This document shows, piece after piece, positions 38,330 to 52,100 of a stretch of DNA of 64,000 bases (positions within the stretch are counted from its first letter, which is position 1; the number at the start of each line of letters is the position of its first letter). The DNA is from Bispira polyomma (Eukaryota), in contig OZ287754.1 in NCBI GenBank assembly GCA_965649765.1, forward strand, positions 67,890,001-67,954,000, read 5' to 3'. The position numbers and the translations under genes were made by a program. The notes under the pieces were generated by a model, which saw only the letters and a list, made by a program, of their open reading frames with translations, was not told the DNA's origin and searched no databases.

Positions 38330-40680
38330 AACTACCATTTGGCTAATATTTGCCTATATGTTATGTGTGCCAGAAAGGGCCGTGTGATCTACAAGTCTTG
38401 GTTTGAATCCTCAGTTTTGAAATTATTTATCACATAATTTGTTTACCATGGAGTGTCCAGATATTCTCTAATTTGCATATGTCTTTATTTCAAGCAAATA
38501 TCTGAAAAGACTTGGTATTAGCAATTTAAACGACTAATATCGGCATAAAAAGAAGCACATCAATCTTGGTAATACTATGTAGATGCAAAATGGCACATGA
38601 CATCCCAGCATCATTGGTAATAAACAGCCAATATCTTAGATAGTAAATATATAATGTTTAGATTTAGTTTAGGCTTGTGTCATGTCAGAATGGGCAGATC
38701 ACTGGTGGAAAATAATTCAGAGCAGGCTACTTCGATTTTTATGCTCTGACAAATACTGGCCTTCAACAAGTATACTGCAAACTTTCCCAGGGTCAAGATT
38801 CAAAGTTGGTGTGGCAGAGGTGGGGGAAAAATGTGTTAATACTGCACCATCCAAAACCCCGGTTGATGTCTAAACTAACCAATAATGTCTAGTTTGTTAA
38901 GGTTAAGATTGTGGTCAGATGTGCCAATAACATGTGATGTGTTTGAGTTGATTGGGTTTAATTTCAATAACATGGTGCTATTCCGTTGAAATGAACCACT
39001 AATTCTTGAAGAATGGTAAAATTCTGCGTATACCATGCTCTGGAGTGTGTTATTCCTATTCTAACATGACAAAATAATAAACAAGATAAAACTTGCCTTA
39101 ATTTTTAAAAAATAACTATATATTTTGGTAATAAACGTAAATAAACAAAGGATGTTCCATCTTAATTATGTTTGCAGTGTAACTGATGGAACAGCCATGG
39201 GTATACGCAGAATTTTACCGAGGCTCTCAGCTAATCAGAATCGCAGACACAGCCGTGTCATGTTAGAATTATTTTGTTTGTCATACACTGCGGCATTACC
39301 TAAGTTGTCCAAAGTTTATAAAAATTTTGAAATTATTTGATTATACATAAGTATTTTGAACCCAGGAAACATACTATTATTACATATTTTAAACATATAC
39401 CCTATGATGCCATTATCTGTAGTATAGCTATGAGAGTCTCTTTGTAAAAATGGTAATGTTTGCCAGAAACTTGTGCTTTCATGCAAGCCATGTATAGCAA
39501 AGGAGAGACACTGCAGACCAAGCGGTTATTGACCTAACAGAGGGAAAAACAGCTTCAAAATAGAGTTGAAGTATCTCAAAAAATACTCGCTTAAATGATT
39601 TATTACAAACATTTTACCTTTACTTGAAGATTAATTATGCTTGTTCTGTGTCTTAGCAGAGTTTTTATAAGTTTATTAAAGCTGTTGTACCTGCTTCCTT
39701 TTGTGCACATGTTTAATATTCTATATGATAAATTACGTCATATATTATTTTGGTTGTTTCGAAATTGTCATACAGAATAATCCACAATTAACCCAATGAG
39801 TCACAGTTTACCAGAACATACCAAATTACTATCATTACTAATATATAACCTCATATTTACTTAATTCATGATTCACTGTTCAAGCCTCAAGATTAAAGCA
39901 AAAGGAATATTATACTTTGCTGTGCTATAAGGAAGAAATTTAAAAGTGTGTTATTTCAATAACTGAGCACTTAAAAGTATTCATATTTGTGGAGAAAGAA
40001 AAAACACCCTCTCTTATAAAAGATCTCTTTCCTTTTGTTTTATCTCTAGCAATGTTTGCCAGGATAAACCAAACAAAACACTGAAGAACAAAAAATAGCT
40101 TAATTTTATTAGAAAACATGTGCTCATTTTGATCAAGTAGTTACACAGCCAACACAAATGTATAACTACTCGAAAGTATATCTAACTTTTAAACTAAACC
40201 ATAGAATTGTTTATGCAGATAAAATAACACCATAGAATAATAAAGTTTGAGTTGTGAGTTTTATATTTAGTTTATTTTCTCTCCCGCGAGGTTTGCCAGG
40301 ATAACAGAAGCAAAATACTGCAGGACAAAAACAACTTCATTTTATTGGAGCAGTTGTCCTCATTTTGGTTAAGTATTTGCTCGGCCAACAAAAAAAGTAA
40401 AATCTGCATGAAACCCTATCAACTCTTGAAGTAAAAATGCACAATTCTTTATATAGAATAATTAGTGACATAATATCGTAATGTGTGCTAAATGGAATAA
40501 GTAATACTATTTAAATATTGCCCTTTTTATATTCGTTATGTGTTTTGCTTGAATTTGTGGGTATTATTACATGTCTGCTGAATTATTGTTTTGTTTTTTT
40601 TTGGTCTCGTTTTAATATAATAGCAAACAATATACATATGACGTACAATGTTGCTGTACTTGTTGAAGCTAATAATTTAC
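38330..40680 (+). pseudogene. Decayed tandem duplicate of the 3' part of the ANK-DD locus (Death-domain exon copy at ~39395-39640)
   Basis: 38330-38950 resembles 32140-32570. 39395-39640 resembles 32813-33080 (tatagctatgag, atgcaagccat, agggaaaaacag, aaaatagagttgaagt). 39960-40680 resembles 35640-36260. Confidence 0.75.
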
Positions 40681-41329
40681 AACATATAACCAAAAACTAA
40701 CATATTAACCACTAACCATTAATCATTTATCACTTTCCCAAAAGGGAGAGTGGACAAACCTGTATTATTTTGGCAAGAGTAAATGTTGTAATTTTTAGTC
40801 ATAATCAATCAATCGCCTAATCTCTCTATACTAGTAGATTCTAAGGATCACAACCGAAGATAAACTAATGACCAAAATTATAGTGGGAAGCTTTGCCAAA
40901 CAAATCAGTTTTAGTCTGCTCTTGAAACTTGTCAGAGTTGTAGATGCGATATGTATACCATATGTCATTTCACATGTGTCAGTTAATTCTACTTTATTCT
41001 ACCTGATTGATATTGTTGCAAATGTATTCATATTTAAGTATATTCTGAAAGTGAACAGTTGATTAATACGTCGGAGGACCAAGGCTGGGTTTTAATTTGT
41101 GAATTCAGATGAGTCCTTATGAAGTATGGCATCCGAATCTAAAGCTACACTTACCACTTACAACATGTATAGAAAACTCACAGACAACCATCTATCTCCA
41201 CCACACCTCAGCCCAGCCAAAATTGATTGAATGGAACAACCGTTTTAGGCGTATTTGTAAATATGACAAACATTATAACTCCATAATTAAATGTTCAAAT
41301 ATATAAATATTTTTGGTGAGTGTAATCTT

Positions 41330-41510
41330 ACAATGGTTTATACAAAGTGTAAACTATTAGGAATAAATAATGGAAGAATTGTTAAAAAATGTATCGGTTT
41401 TCTCTGTAAAAAAAATTGCATAAATATTTCCAAAAAGTAGGTCTTGAAGGTTCATGCCACACCTTATGACGGCAGCATCCTTCATACACTGATCAATACA
41501 CCTTAAAGCC
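41330..41510 (+). pseudogene. Remnant of the first ankyrin exon of a further paralog
   Basis: atggaagaattgttaaaaaatgtatcggtt...aaaagtagg...gcatccttcatacactgatca matches 27175-27330. Confidence 0.7.
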
Positions 41511-42420
41511 AAAATCAGACATGGCTGAACAATCCACCAGCAAATTGGTTTTAACCACAGGGTTAGCTAAGTTTAACAGTAATAAATGTGCTTTAAATGA
41601 AGTAGAAAATGAGTTGCAGTAATCAATACTCTACTTAATACCAGTGAATTTGCAACTGCATTTTCCAGAATTTGGTGCCGACGATTCCTCCAAAAGCCAC
41701 AGATGTTACAGTAGCAGGATCAACAGATGTTTGAAACATGTTTTTTGAAGGAGAAATCGGCATTGTCGGCACGAAGAGGGCTGTTACCAAGGAAAGTTTC
41801 TGTAGAGAACTATAGAACATTTTTCCTCTGATGTTGGGAGCGAATAAGTTTTAATTCTGTTTGGTCTGGGTTCAATTATAATTCACGGATTCAATTCAGG
41901 ACCTGGGAACAATTTTGGGGTGAAGGAGCACTAGATTTGTCTATCGTCAAGAACTCTGTGTTACATCGAAGGGAGATCAAAAGGAGATGATTTGACTCCA
42001 CTGATCCTTATGATTTGTTTACAGCATTCTAGATAAGATTCAATCCATTGAAGATTCATGGAGTATCTTGTGATCAATTGTGTTGAACAAAGTTAATAAG
42101 GGTGAGGGCAACTACAACTATTTTATCCAAGACCATGTTGATGTCACTGCTAATTTTCAGTGGTGCCGTCTTAGTTGAATGTAATTTTCTGTAGGCTGAT
42201 TGGTGTGAGTTTCCCATATGGCTGATGGACAAGTGTTCATTTATTTGAAGTGCAACGGCTTACTAGCTTATTACAGACGAAACTCAAATTTGATACTGGT
42301 CTGTAATTTTTAAGGTTATTTCTGTTTTTTGGTGAAATCAAACTTGGTGAGTATTACTGTGAAACCAGAGGGACCAGGAGTCTGATTTGTAGAAATCAGA
42401 AGTGATTATTATCTCACGTA
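41510..42420 (-). mobile_element. L2-type LINE RT remnant
   Basis: Minus strand LNPDQTE and FSFKKHVSNIC*SCY...AVANSLVLSR.DYCNS-like motifs. Confidence 0.55.
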
Positions 42421-42845
42421 AACGAGTATTTAAAACATGTCATTATTATATAAATAGATATTTTTCTTTTAATTAATTACAAAAATAATATATATTATAC
42501 ACATAACTAGAAATATGAAATTGATATCATGAAATTTTCATAAAATTTAACATAATTTGTTCATAAATAGTACTCAAAAACCATTGAGCGATATTTGGCC
42601 TGACAGTTTTACTGATACATATATTAATCATATCATATCTATATGTTTAGGAATAATATAAATATAACACCCATCAGTTAAGCTGGATCGATTGCTTCCA
42701 ACCAATCCATGAAAGCATTACATATTTCCAACATGGCAGAGCCCTTTCCAGAATGAAATCTATATCAGGCTAAAAACAAGTGTTTAAAACATTGTCATAG
42801 TTCTTCAAAAAATGATATAATTGTTCCATTTCTTGGTGGATGACT

Positions 42846-45800
42846 TCAGGTTTTCATTGGCAGAGGGGTCACTATCATAACTGATGGACTCATTTCCCTT
42901 TCATACAAATTGTGATCAAGCGCCACTTTCCTGTTTGTGTTGCCCTTGTTGTTTGTCTGTTAATGGCACAAAACAGAAACCTTAGGTCATCAACTGTTAT
43001 TTTTTAAAGACACAACTTAATCTCTGGTAAAACTGCTAAAGTGAAGTCAACTATCATACATTTACTACGAATTAAATACATCAAAAGCGTAGATTTTCTA
43101 TTTATTTCACAATATTTTGTTGTTTTTTTACCAATTGTTTTACAGATAACATAACAAGTTAATTTCAGGTCAATTTTCACAATATGGCTTACTAACCAAA
43201 CTACGCCATGCATGAATGTCTGTATTGTCGTGGTCACACTGAGCTTCGCGTTACATTTTAATTTTCCTAAACCGGAGAAAAAAAGGAAATAAACAAAGTG
43301 AAAACGTAGCAAAAAATCAACGTATGGGCCGTTTTGTACACTTTAAGTACACATCTGTACACGCATTTAACACATTGTAATAGCCATTTCAATAATTGTT
43401 GCCCACGTTTTAAAATATATTAGCCACGTTTCTAAACCTGTTTCATTCTCCTTGTTTCAAATATTATTTGGATGTGTAGTTCATTTTACTGCTGTCCTTT
43501 GAGTCATATATGCATTAAATATGTGTCATACATTTCCCGCGACGCACCAGCTATTTTCGGAAAATGGCCGAAAACGTAACAAATTTCGAGCAGTTTAAAA
43601 TATTTTACATTTTTGAAAAAACGGGACATTAAGGAACCATCTTACTCATGCATGCTTACGTTTACTTAAGTACACTATGTTCTGCCTACGTTTTACCTTA
43701 CCTCAGCCATTTTTTGTGCGTAATCGAAGCATAAGCCCAGTGTGACCACGGCATATAGGTCAAGAATATACTAAGATTGATTAATCTCAGATGTCTTTAA
43801 CTAAAATAACTGTCATTTTTATTATTGATATTGTTTTATTGATCCTAAGTGTCTTCTAAAGTGCAACGACCCAATCTGTTAACCAATTTTGAAGTCCATA
43901 AACATAGCAACTACTAAAGTTGTTAATTTAATAACTACCAATTCAGAACTAGTAAAATGAAGTACCTTTTTGCAGACACAGAGTACAATAATCAAAGTGA
44001 TCACTGCAGCAACAACCACCAAACAGATGATGATTATGAGCACAGTAATAGATATGCCTGAAATGTACACAAATATACAGAGTAGGATAAGTTGTATCTT
44101 AGATGTGTAAATGGGCTATTAAATTATGTCTGTGACAAACATATGTGAATAACATAATTAAACACATTAAATCTACAATAATGACAAACTGAGGGGTGAA
44201 GAAAGGATGCTGAAATAGTAAGTAGTAAAGAGTAGTGTATAATAAGGATATATATAACGAAAGAAGATAAACCGCACAACATAAACATGGTAGGGTGAGC
44301 AATCTGTATTTTATCTTCTTAGGTCATATACTTTTTTAAATACACACCAAAAGGGCGTTCCACTAGGTCAAAATATAATGCACAAATTTGAAAAGTCAAG
44401 AAATTCTGCACAGTATAAACAATAAGTAGTTGTTACCAGAAAGAATCAGCTCGGAAATCACATTTAGAAATAAGAAAAATCGAGTTCCATGTCTTAGAAA
44501 GCTGTTTAATGTTGATATGTTGTATCAGCCACACTTTTTATCAGTTTCTGTCTGAAATATTATAACTAATGAAAAATTTACAATTTCCTGTAACTACTAA
44601 ATGTTCATTACACATTTATTGTCGTCAGGTGATACAGTACACTTTATTTCTCAGTCCGTATCAACAACCACAACGTAATAATTATGTCACAGTCGATAGT
44701 AAAGATAAATCCAACTGTACAAAATTTTGTAGAAGAATTGGTATAGCGCCAAATTGATACAGTATCCTACAAGGCAGTGGTTGTCCAAATGCTTCGTCAG
44801 AGGACAGAAATGGGTCATGACCAGAAGGACATCCATAGAGAAGATTAGCTAAGGTGGTGGATCAGCCAGTCGGAACAAATGTGTCTTGAGTTTGCTCCTA
44901 AATTAATGACTATATGTTTGGAATCTAATGGAGGACACAGATATCCAGTTACTACACATGACATTACTAGGATGAATAAGGGAGCAGAGGTAGGGAGCTT
45001 GACCGGAATTTAAAACACCTAATCGTTTGCATTAACTTCGATTTTTGTTTAAATTTACAGCTAGCAATATCTCACTCACTTGATGATAAACTGGTGATGG
45101 TCTATTTATTTTATTGATGATAATGACATGCAATATACTAACAAAAATAATATGCAATACAGGGAAATAAGAATTGTCCAACCCCAATGCACCAATGGGC
45201 TTATAATTCAGCTTACCCAAGGGCGGAAAATTTAGAAAATCTACATCCACTGACACAAAGAATAGACGGAATCCTATGTCAGTGATGCTCTCATCAGTGC
45301 TAAAGATCACCAACATCTTGGCTCCAGTAGACGTGACCTCTGTACCATTTTGTGAGCCACAGTAAGTAAACATCAAGTTTTCAGCACGCTCTGAGTAACA
45401 AAGAGTATGATGTCATCAGTGCTTATACACAGAGTACATATAAGTAACTTAACAATTCATATAAAGAAGGGTAGACACAGTGTAAAAATTCATACAAACA
45501 TGATATAAACATTAGGATAAACAGTATAAACATTAAGTAAACATTCAAACATTCAGATAAACATGATGTAATAATATGAACTTATTTTCCCAAAAACATG
45601 GTCAAATAATCATTTTGTTTTAGCATAATTACCAATAAATAATACAAAGTGATGTATACCATAAAACCATCCATATAGTTCTAGTAAGACATGAAATATG
45701 GTCCATGAGAACATTGTTGTGTTATCCTCCTATAGAGTTCCTAATGTTAAGACAAAATTGAATTCAAATTTTTAGAAGCTCCTCACCTTTGTCTCCGTCG

Positions 45801-48800
45801 TACACCTTCAGCCAGTCAGCAGTACAAACCCCGGACACAGGAGCTTGTAGCTGGAAGAAGTCAAAGGTCAGTTGTACCTTACCACCCAGTTCTGACCTAA
45901 GCAGCCAGCAGTCATGGTAGTTACTGGAGAACAGAGTAATAAAAACCTTGTACCCTGAGCTAAAACTGTATTCATAAAAGGTCATACAATCTGACATATA
46001 GAAACTGTTTATGTGTAGTTTGCTTCTTTAAACAAAAGTGTATGAACCACCACATGTATGCTGATGCCATTGTATTAATTAGACCCTGTGTGAAGGGTCT
46101 GTAGAGGCTTATTGAGTGCTGAGAAAATGTAGACATCTTGTTTACTGAAACAAAAACAGTTCAAAGGACAGTAAAATCTAGTTAAATAAAAACATGAGAC
46201 CTACCTTTCTCAAATGTTATTATAAATATAAGACCATTATTTTTAGATAATACATATACATATCTTGAACATTATGTAAATAAAGTTTCACCAGAAGTTC
46301 AACACAGCATGTATTGATAAATACAGGCTAATAAACCATCATTTCAAACATTTTGCCAATCAGATGAAATTATTTTAATTCATACATACATTTAAAAGCT
46401 CCACATTCTACATAGATGGTATCATTATCGTGTTTAAGAAATGTAAAAGTGTACATTATCTTATTATCTAAAACTGCTTTTTGCAGTTGATCTGACATGT
46501 TTGTTCAAAATGGGACGCATTTCTTGAAAGAAGTTCTATGTCTCAACAGTTATCACCTTTTTATGAGATAAAAATGTTTGGAAAATGTTTTATAATAATC
46601 CTACATGACAAGTATATATAGTTTAATTATAAAGTTTGGAAATACTATGTGAATTGTTTTCATAGAAACAATTAAATCTTCTTCACATACAGTCCTGAAA
46701 ATATTATTTTTTTGTTCTTTATGTGTTTCTACTTCTTATACTTGTATGGAATAAAGATATAATCAAAAGGTAAATAAACTTATCGATAAGCTTCCACCAG
46801 GCTCAAATACAATATCAATATGAATTGTCCAGTTCTTTGATAATGTAGAGTTTAAAAAAGATTTTGTGACGAAACTATAGGAAAACTATCATGTAATTTT
46901 GTACTCAGAAGTTCGTCTGCTTACAAATGTTCTTCTTTCTTGTTTTGTACATATCAATCCACAAAATGGTACATTTTCCCTTATTAGTATAAAAGCATAT
47001 AATTGTTTGTTAATATTACGTCAATTTTTCATGTTTTGCAAAGGTAAGCCACCCTGTGAGGTGCAGTTAATTTTAAAATTCACAATACTTTATAAAGATT
47101 TCTCTTTATAACAAATTGCTATTTGTAATACAGTTCCCTACTACAGTCCCTACTGTACTTGAATGTATCATTAAAGTGCCACCTATACTTTTCAGTATAA
47201 AAATCTTACTATTAAAAAGTGCGGATGTAAATTAATTATCTCAAATGTGCTTTAGTGAAGCAACTTTTAAAGAAACCATATGAAGTGCTGGTTTCTAATG
47301 TGTAAAATGATCTGAATGCTTTAAGAGACGTTTGCCATTCACTATTCACTACATGCCACACACATACTTGTTATAATGACTCCAAGGATTGTTCCATCTC
47401 TCTGTCCCAATGGACGTGATTTGATCAATGTAGTCATAGCCTGCCACTCTCTCTTCACACTGACTTGTCTGGCCTTCACACACAAAACAAAGATATCTTG
47501 AACAAATTCTTAAACAGACATGTCAACAATAGTTTCTCATATGATGCTCCAGAGCTGTGAAATGATCTTCCTCATGACATTATTCATGCTTGCTCATCAC
47601 TTACTTGTTTTAGACAGAAGCTCAAAACCTACCTATTTAGCAAAGCTTTTCCACCTTAGCCCACTTTACCATTTCTGGCGTCAGGACCCCTGTACTGCCA
47701 GTGGCTCTATGAATTTATGAAAATGATTTCCCTGTCTCATGCGCCTTAGAATTAACAAACACAGAGATTGAGCACTATAAAAGTAGGATTAGAAAGATGC
47801 CCATGATTCTATCCGTAATGTTGTAATATCAGATGCTTTGAGATTTAACTCTGTCAATATTTGACAAACCATGATAACAAAACATAGGTCCATAGTGTGT
47901 AAACAAATACAGACATTTCTGCCAACACAGCTTAGTGGAGTTAAGTCACATTACTCCTGTTTTTAAAACCCTCCACTGGCTGCCTATTGAGTATAGAGCA
48001 ATATTCAAAACTGATACCTTAGTTTATAAATATCTCAATTCAGGTCACCCTCGGTATTTCAGTCCTTACTTGGCTCCCTATACATATCAATGCAAAACAA
48101 GGCGTAGTAGGCCTGAAGAGCTGTGGAATGATCTGTCTCATGATACTCGCACTGCCTCCACACTTGCCTGTTTTTGGAAAAAGATCAAAGCCTACCTTTT
48201 TATCAAGGCTTTTCCACCTTAGCCTCCTTTGCCACTTCCGGCGTTTCTAAACTCCCGACCCATGTACGTCCAATGGCTATATGAAATTTTCAAAATGATT
48301 TTCTGTCTCATGCTCCTTAGAATCTGCTAGCACAGAGATGAGTGCTATAAAAGTTAGATTACATTATATTAGTACTTCGGATGGCCACCTAGAAAGGTTA
48401 TCTCAGACAGGACCCTTTCACTAAAAACCCTGGGGACATGGATATAATGTTTAAATTTTTGGGATAAGGTAATTACTCAAATGTAAAGAGCTTTTTTACA
48501 TGTAGAGAAAGAAAATCTAAAATTGGCAACTGCATCTGAAATGTTATGTTTTTGGTAGAATTGTAGGCAATATTTGCCGAAATTTCGCCAGTTTGTACCG
48601 ATTTCGATCAAAGTTTAGGGGTTGCGAATTTTAAATTCCTTACTCTAATTATAATTCTTTAGATCCCTGTAATTGTTATCAATTATGGTATTTATTATAT
48701 ATTTTCTCTTATGTTCTCCAATATTCCTTTAATTGATATTTATATATTGCCCGCTTATTCAATGAATAAATTTCAGTTTCTTAATAACTTCAGATATAAC

Positions 48801-48992
48801 AATGTCATTATTTTATAGATAATGACCTAGCCTTCGTATGAATAAGACTTGTTTTCACTATGTGTTTTCAAAGAGAAGATTAAATGCTGTGTTTATTATA
48901 TCTATATAACATGTGAATAAATACCGAGTTTACTTACTTGGTTTTACAAACACTATCGCCACAAGCACAAATACTGAACAATATGTATCCAT
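42846..48992 (-). CDS. Single-CUB-domain type I membrane protein, 224 aa; exons 48992-48938, 47473-47368, 45923-45787, 45390-45217, 44057-43966, 42956-42846
   Basis: All junctions are GT-AG and phase-consistent (55+106+137+174+92+111 = 675 nt). Signal peptide MDTYCSVFVLVAIVFVKP; CUB motifs HYNNNYHDCW, VQLTFDFFQL, CTADWLKVYDG, YCG, FSTDESITDIGF; TM ISITVLIIIICLVVVAAVITLIIVLCVC; short cytoplasmic tail. Confidence 0.8.
43226..43753. mobile_element. Harbinger-type MITE in the last intron of the CUB gene
   Basis: TIR TG(T/C)CGTGGTCACACTG(A/G)GCTT at both ends. 3-bp TSD TAT at 43223-43225 and 43754-43756. Confidence 0.75.
47520..48360 (+). mobile_element. Two adjacent L2 LINE 3'-end fragments
   Basis: HITPVFKTLHWLPIEYR...LWNDL...IKAYLF. 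Paired tails tttccaccttagcc...tgtctcatgc(g/t)ccttagaa...ctataaaagt occur twice. Confidence 0.8.
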
Positions 48993-50357
48993 TTTAACCG
49001 TTCAAACTTCCACCTGTACTTTTCAGTCAGTTAGTTGTCCCTGTTGTGACATTCTGAAATCTACCTTATAGTGTACCTTACTTGTCACTGAGCCAAAAAC
49101 TATAGGATCCATAAAATTAAATGTATATACCCATTTATGACTTACAAGTATGATATTATGTACGATTTATGTGTGCAATATAATGTTTATAGAGTGTATC
49201 CAAGTATACAGAAGACTTATGTGTGTGAAGGGCACACATACACAACCAAATAAATAACAGATCAATGGTTCTTCATATTGGAATCTTTCCAATACATCAC
49301 ACACATACACACAGAGAGAGGTAAACACAATAATATGTATATTTTAGGGATACTATGTACACATCAAAATGCAGTTTGGTTTAAACTCTCTCATAATATG
49401 GACTGTATCATTTAAAAGTACTATAATAAGTTATAAAGTTGTATATCTATCAATGATAGGGTAGTTATTGAAACTATCAATCGCTAATATTAAGCCAGTA
49501 TATGCTATAACGTATATATTATACATCAACTAAGTATTCATTACACAAGGAAGTGGCTACTCATTCACAGATGAGTAGTCGGTATTTTCAAACTTATATT
49601 CCAAGTCAAACCATAATCAGATGGGTATAAACTCAAATTGGTATTCTCGAACGTACACTCCACTATTATGTGTTTCTGTGTGTGAAGGTAAAGTCATAAG
49701 GAAAGCACCCAGCATCTCTTTACTGATTTACTACTCCACTTTGGACAATATTTGTATGGATAATAGTAGAATTTAGCACTAAATTGATATAGCATCGTCT
49801 AAGGCACTGCATGGTTGTATCACATTCTACTGTTCAGCTCTAGATTAAAAGGTTTTTGAGGCCAGGTTTTAGGGTGTCTGTTATAAATATAGTATTTAGA
49901 TTAGACACATGATTAATCTATCTTCATTATTGGAAGGGATACATTTAAACAAAGAGCCCCTTCAGTATCTGGTATAATATATGATGTGTAATACCCGAAA
50001 ATAGTGTAAATACCTCAGATATGCATAAACACACAGTCTTGTTCCAACCATATTTTTTTTTTTATTTCATATCTTGTGTCTTGGCGAGTGAAAACCATGT
50101 TGTTAATTAATGTGGAAAACTGACTATAAATTGAAATAAATCTGCTATAATAAGATTGATCATATATCTGTTGTAACATTCCCTTTGATATTGTTTGTCA
50201 AGTCGATTTCAGTAATATTCTCAGAAAAGTTCCTACCGACCACAAACAGTATTGATATTGTTAACATTCAAAATATTCAATATCTGCTTATCATGATAGA
50301 TAATATGCTTAACTTGAATGTCAATGTAAATACTTGTACATTTCCAAAAGATGGTAT

Positions 50358-50580
50358 CGCTTCACAATCACTGGTCTCTCACCTCTGGGCGGCGTGAGTT
50401 CGAATCCCGTCGATGCCTATGTGGGAAAGGTGGTAGTTCTTTACTGTTCACCGCTGGTTTCAGTGCAGAACCTTGACCGACTGTATGCAGTGATTCCTCC
50501 AGCGTTTCCAACTACCCATCCCAATATAACCTACTAAAAGGTACTAGAGTGGACATTAAATATCCAAATTCAAATTCAAA
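50358..50580 (+). mobile_element. 5'-truncated tRNA-derived SINE
   Basis: Near-identical to 51069-51292. (CAAATT)n tail. TSD tccaaaagatggtat at 50343-50357 and 50581-50595. Confidence 0.85.
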
Positions 50581-51035
50581 TCCAAAAGATGGTATCGATA
50601 CTATGTTAGCATTTGTTTTACACCCCTACTGTGTAAGTTTCTTCTTCTTTGTCTTCATTTCCTTTATTTTTGTTTTATTGCAAAAAGTGTTTATCATGTA
50701 CACTAGAAATAAATTACCTCAGACACACCATAGTAAAAACTATTGCTGCGGAAACAAAATTACACCTAGTATATGAGTTTCACAAAGCTACCTCATTATT
50801 GAACACATACACATACATTATTACCTCCTACTGTTAATGGTGTCACCTTAACTTAAGGTTGTTCACCCTTGACTCTTAATATTTAAGTTGACCCTAACCC
50901 TGAAGTGGGACTTAGACTACTAGATGTTAATGTCACCACCTTACCATTAAGGTCACCTTAAGTTAAGGCTGCTTACTTAGTCCTATATGCATATCTATGT
51001 TAACCTTAATCCTTAATGAGGCCCTCAACTAGCTA

Positions 51036-51292
51036 GGGGCCGTGGTGGCCTAGTGGTTAGCAAGCATTGCGCTTCACAATCACTGGTCTCTCACCTCTGG
51101 GCGGCGTGAGTTCGAATCCCATCGATGCCTATGTGGGAAAGGTGGTAGTTCCGTACTGTGGGCCGCTGGATACAGTGCAGAACCTTGACCAACTGTATGC
51201 AGTGTTTCTTCCAGCGTTTCCAACTACCGATCCCAATATAACCTACTAAAAGGTACTAGAGTGGACGTTAAATATGCAAATTCAAATTCAAA
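51036..51292 (+). mobile_element. Full-length tRNA-derived SINE
   Basis: GGGGCCG start, A box TGGCCTAGTGG, B box GTTCGAATCC, (CAAATT)n tail. TSD ccc(t/a)caacta(g/t)ct. Confidence 0.85.
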
Positions 51293-51749
51293 CCCACAAC
51301 TATCTTATATTAAATGTTGGTACTACTACATCTAGTATATTTTCACACTAGTTGTATATGATGTATATATAAGTATATGACTAAAAGCCAAATATAAATG
51401 TACAAAGGTATATCCAGTGTGTGTGTGACTGTATAACTTGCTGGTTGATATTCTGTTTGAATTATCCTTGTCATATTATTATTATGTGAGCCATTTTTAA
51501 GCACATATTTTCGTTGTAACAAATTCTTAGACACCAAAAAAAATCCACAACCAGATCCAAAAACTATTGGTAATTGAAAAAAGTAAGTCGTCATCAAGAC
51601 GTCCACTGAGAACAGGTAAGAGTCTTTGGAGGGAATGCAACATTGAACAGATAGTGTCTTTAAACTAGGTCGAGAGGAATACAGGGACATGTAAACTGTG
51701 CATGTTTGTTTTTTCGACTGCCGGCATTTCATCATTCCGCACATGAAAA

Positions 51750-52092
51750 TTGCAGATAATCACACTGATATGTAGTGACTTTTTTGGCCAAAAATCCTTT
51801 ATTTCGTCCTGCAACGCCTATAATCTGGCTATAAAGACCACAATATCACTGTAGGCTTGAAAGCAAATAAATTTTGGCTGTGTTTCGACATTCCGAAAAA
51901 CACAGATAATTACCCTGATATATAGAGTATTTTTTCCAAAAATTTCTTCATTTTCATCTAAAACGCCCATATTCTGGCAATAAGTTCAAAAAAGCTCCAC
52001 ACGCGTGAACGCAGTTAATCACATTGATATAAAAAGACTATTTTTTGCAAAAATTCCTTCATTTTGGTCTTAAACATCTGTATTCTGGCTAT
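51750..52092. repeat. Three diverged copies of a ~80-bp core, spaced 110-150 bp apart
   Basis: cag(a/t)taat.ac..tgatat...aaaa(a/t)t.ctt.attt...tctggc near 51752, 51903 and 52012. Confidence 0.65.
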
Positions 52093-52100
52093 TTAAAGGA

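Noticed and set aside
44760-44898. Extra exon of the CUB gene
   Set aside because: The phase-1 reading hits a stop. The sequence reads SKLKTHLF, an L2 LINE 3' end. The flanking exons splice in frame without it.
46020-46145. Alternative CUB exon (TCGGSYT after an AG acceptor)
   Set aside because: A stop follows immediately in that frame and no compatible donor is seen. The exon at 47473-47368 already supplies the CUB start in the correct phase.
51036-51125. Functional tRNA gene
   Set aside because: A and B boxes are present, but the sequence runs into a repeated body with a (CAAATT)n tail and TSDs, so it is a SINE.
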